Translations under genes and position numbers: made by a program
Notes under the pieces: model-generated
What the model saw: the letters and a program-made list of their open reading frames with translations, nothing else
Database searches by the model: none
What the model was told of the DNA's origin: nothing
In this document: positions 61,901 through 64,000 of the stretch, piece after piece
How the letters are laid out: each line of letters starts with the position of its first letter
Numbering within the stretch: the first letter of the stretch is position 1
NCBI GenBank assembly: GCA_040954595.2
Contig: CM082581.2
Location: 8,541,413-8,605,412, forward strand
Direction: 5' to 3'
Origin: Balanoglossus misakiensis
Taxonomy: Eukaryota; Animalia; Hemichordata
DNA length: 64,000 nucleotides

Positions 61901-64000
61901 GTTTGGTTGTCCTTGTGTGTTTTTCGCCTTTTTGAGATTTTTGACGCGAACACGCAGAGGTAAGTATCTACTGTTTGCAATCATATTCATGTACATGTAC
62001 CTGGTATGTCGGAAGATACCCATGGTGCACTGCGTCGTGGACGTCGTTATTTCCTCATTGGGGCGGGGACCAGACATTGGCGCTGCGCTGATCGTCTTCT
62101 GCGGACAAGTCACGCGGCGGACGTAGTCATGGCGACGGCTAGGATTTCATTCAAGGTGTATACCCAGTGATATGTGCACGCGCTGTGTTTTTGTCAGTTA
62201 TCAAAACAGCATCGTGTGTGCTGGCACGACACGTCGATCGAAATAAGCGTAGGATCGAAAAAACGCCGATCGTGTTTCAAGCTTATTTTCACGAAGTAAT
62301 TTCAAGTGACGTCACAGAAACAGAAATGATTGTTCGGCTCGAGCCGTTACGAAACAAAATGCCTGTGTACATTTCGTCAAAACATAAGACTCCGCATGAA
62401 ATATCGGCGTCAATGCATTGTGGGTACGCGTCATGTGTTTTTCGGCCTGGTCAGAAATTATTACTCAATTCTTGTACGATACAATAGTCCCGCAAAAAGG
62501 CGATGCGTTCAACTTGACTCCATGTGAACACTAGACTACATTTGTAGTTTAGTATAACAATGGTACATGTATATGTTTTATTTTCGCCTTTAGTGTTGTA
62601 GTTCTGCTTGGTGTATCAGCAAATTGTATCGACAGAGTTGTCACTAATACATGTACATGACACAGTTGCTATAGTATTGACGCCAGAACATGTCCGACTC
62701 CCATCCCCTGGTTCGCTGTCGCCGGTCTGATTCTTTATGCAATGATGCTCCATAGCAAATAAGAGTGGATCAACGTAGCATTTACTTATATTGCCCCCAG
62801 CCTGAGCTTAGCCAGACTTTAGAGTAGCCCTCAACGGGCGTGTCCGTATAAGTGGGCTTGCGAGATGGTCTATGTGTTCACCTACCGACCTTTGGAACTT
62901 TGCCAGACAAAATCACAGGCCCGCGGTCTAGTTGTGTACTGTCAACGAAGCAAATCCCCAAATGATCCCCGTCGTCTGACGACAAAAACTGTCCCCAACC
63001 GCACGTAATATATACATGTATTTTACTGATCTCAATATCATCATTTCTAAGGGCAGGAAATGTCGGCATTTAGCGATATTGATATTGGGAATTCATATTA
63101 TGGATAAAACAGTTCCCCTTTCATAGGTAAATCTAGTACGTTATTATCAAAAAGAAATGTTATTATTTATTAAACAAAAAAATGATAACATCATGGGTAA
63201 ACTGTGTTATCTTATATTTCCACATGTTTCTAAAATTAATTCATTGATGGCCTCTAGTGTTTGTTACTACAAGTCAAAGTGGATATATTATTCAGAGGGA
63301 ACTCAAACACTATAAGCTGTGGCTATTATGTGAGAAGGAACAGAATTGAAAAAAATCAATTTAATTGAATTCTCTAACCATTAATATCATGACTCGTATT
63401 GTCGAATTATGTAAAGGATACGCCTAGCATTTTACCCCCGCCTCCCCCTCCAGATCCCTGGTATTTCACCCCAACTGTCCCCTTCTAACTACCCGCTCGT
63501 ACTTTGTCCTTCTCCCCCCCCCCCCCTCCTCCACTCTCACGTTTGCTCACAGATCTCTCTTATTCACTGGTCATATATTACGCGGCTTATAAAGTAGTCA
63601 ACGGGTCAAAACGAGAAGTAGCGAGCTTTCTGTTACAAACAGAATACTTTTCAAAATGGTACCTTTGAAAAAAAATATTTTGATGCCAATTATAACGTAC
63701 ATATAAGGCCTGTGATTTCAACATGCGGTGACTTTTGATGTTTCTCAAGCCATTGCGCGGCGCTTGCGCAAATATTGGCACCGGCACCCCCGCTCAAGCA
63801 GTGCTACCTTCTGTTGTTTCACTTTTGTCGACAACTACAAGGCAAGGTCGCCGCTTGTGGCGCACATTTCGTGGGCGACGCTATGGAATGAGTATGACAC
63901 GGTGCGACCGTGCGTACTGCCGAGCGTGGAAAGGGACCAACCACCAAGTTTTGCGTTCCCCGACTTGCGAATTCAAATGGCAGGCGCTGGGGCGCGGCGC

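Overview
Eukaryotic (metazoan) genomic DNA, AT-rich, with GT-AG introns and many microsatellites. Gene content suggests a marine invertebrate deuterostome such as a hemichordate or echinoderm; this is inference. Four protein-coding genes can be reconstructed by hand. (1) An intronless rhodopsin-family GPCR (17905-18897, +). (2) A multi-exon D-serine dehydratase/DSD1-family PLP protein (main exons 32657-50973, +) with two in-phase candidate first coding exons and many substituted active-site residues. (3) A two-exon secreted neurotrophin/Spaetzle-type cystine-knot protein (55042-53765, -). (4) A nine-exon secreted CUB-LDLa-trypsin serine protease (57332-61623, +), transcribed divergently from gene 3 about 2.3 kb away. 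The rest is intergenic or intronic, with a MITE, a degenerate LINE RT fragment, a possible SINE and compound microsatellites. The best candidates for new biology are the head-to-head pro-ligand/protease pair and the probable DSD pseudoenzyme. Most ORFs in the supplied track appear spurious.
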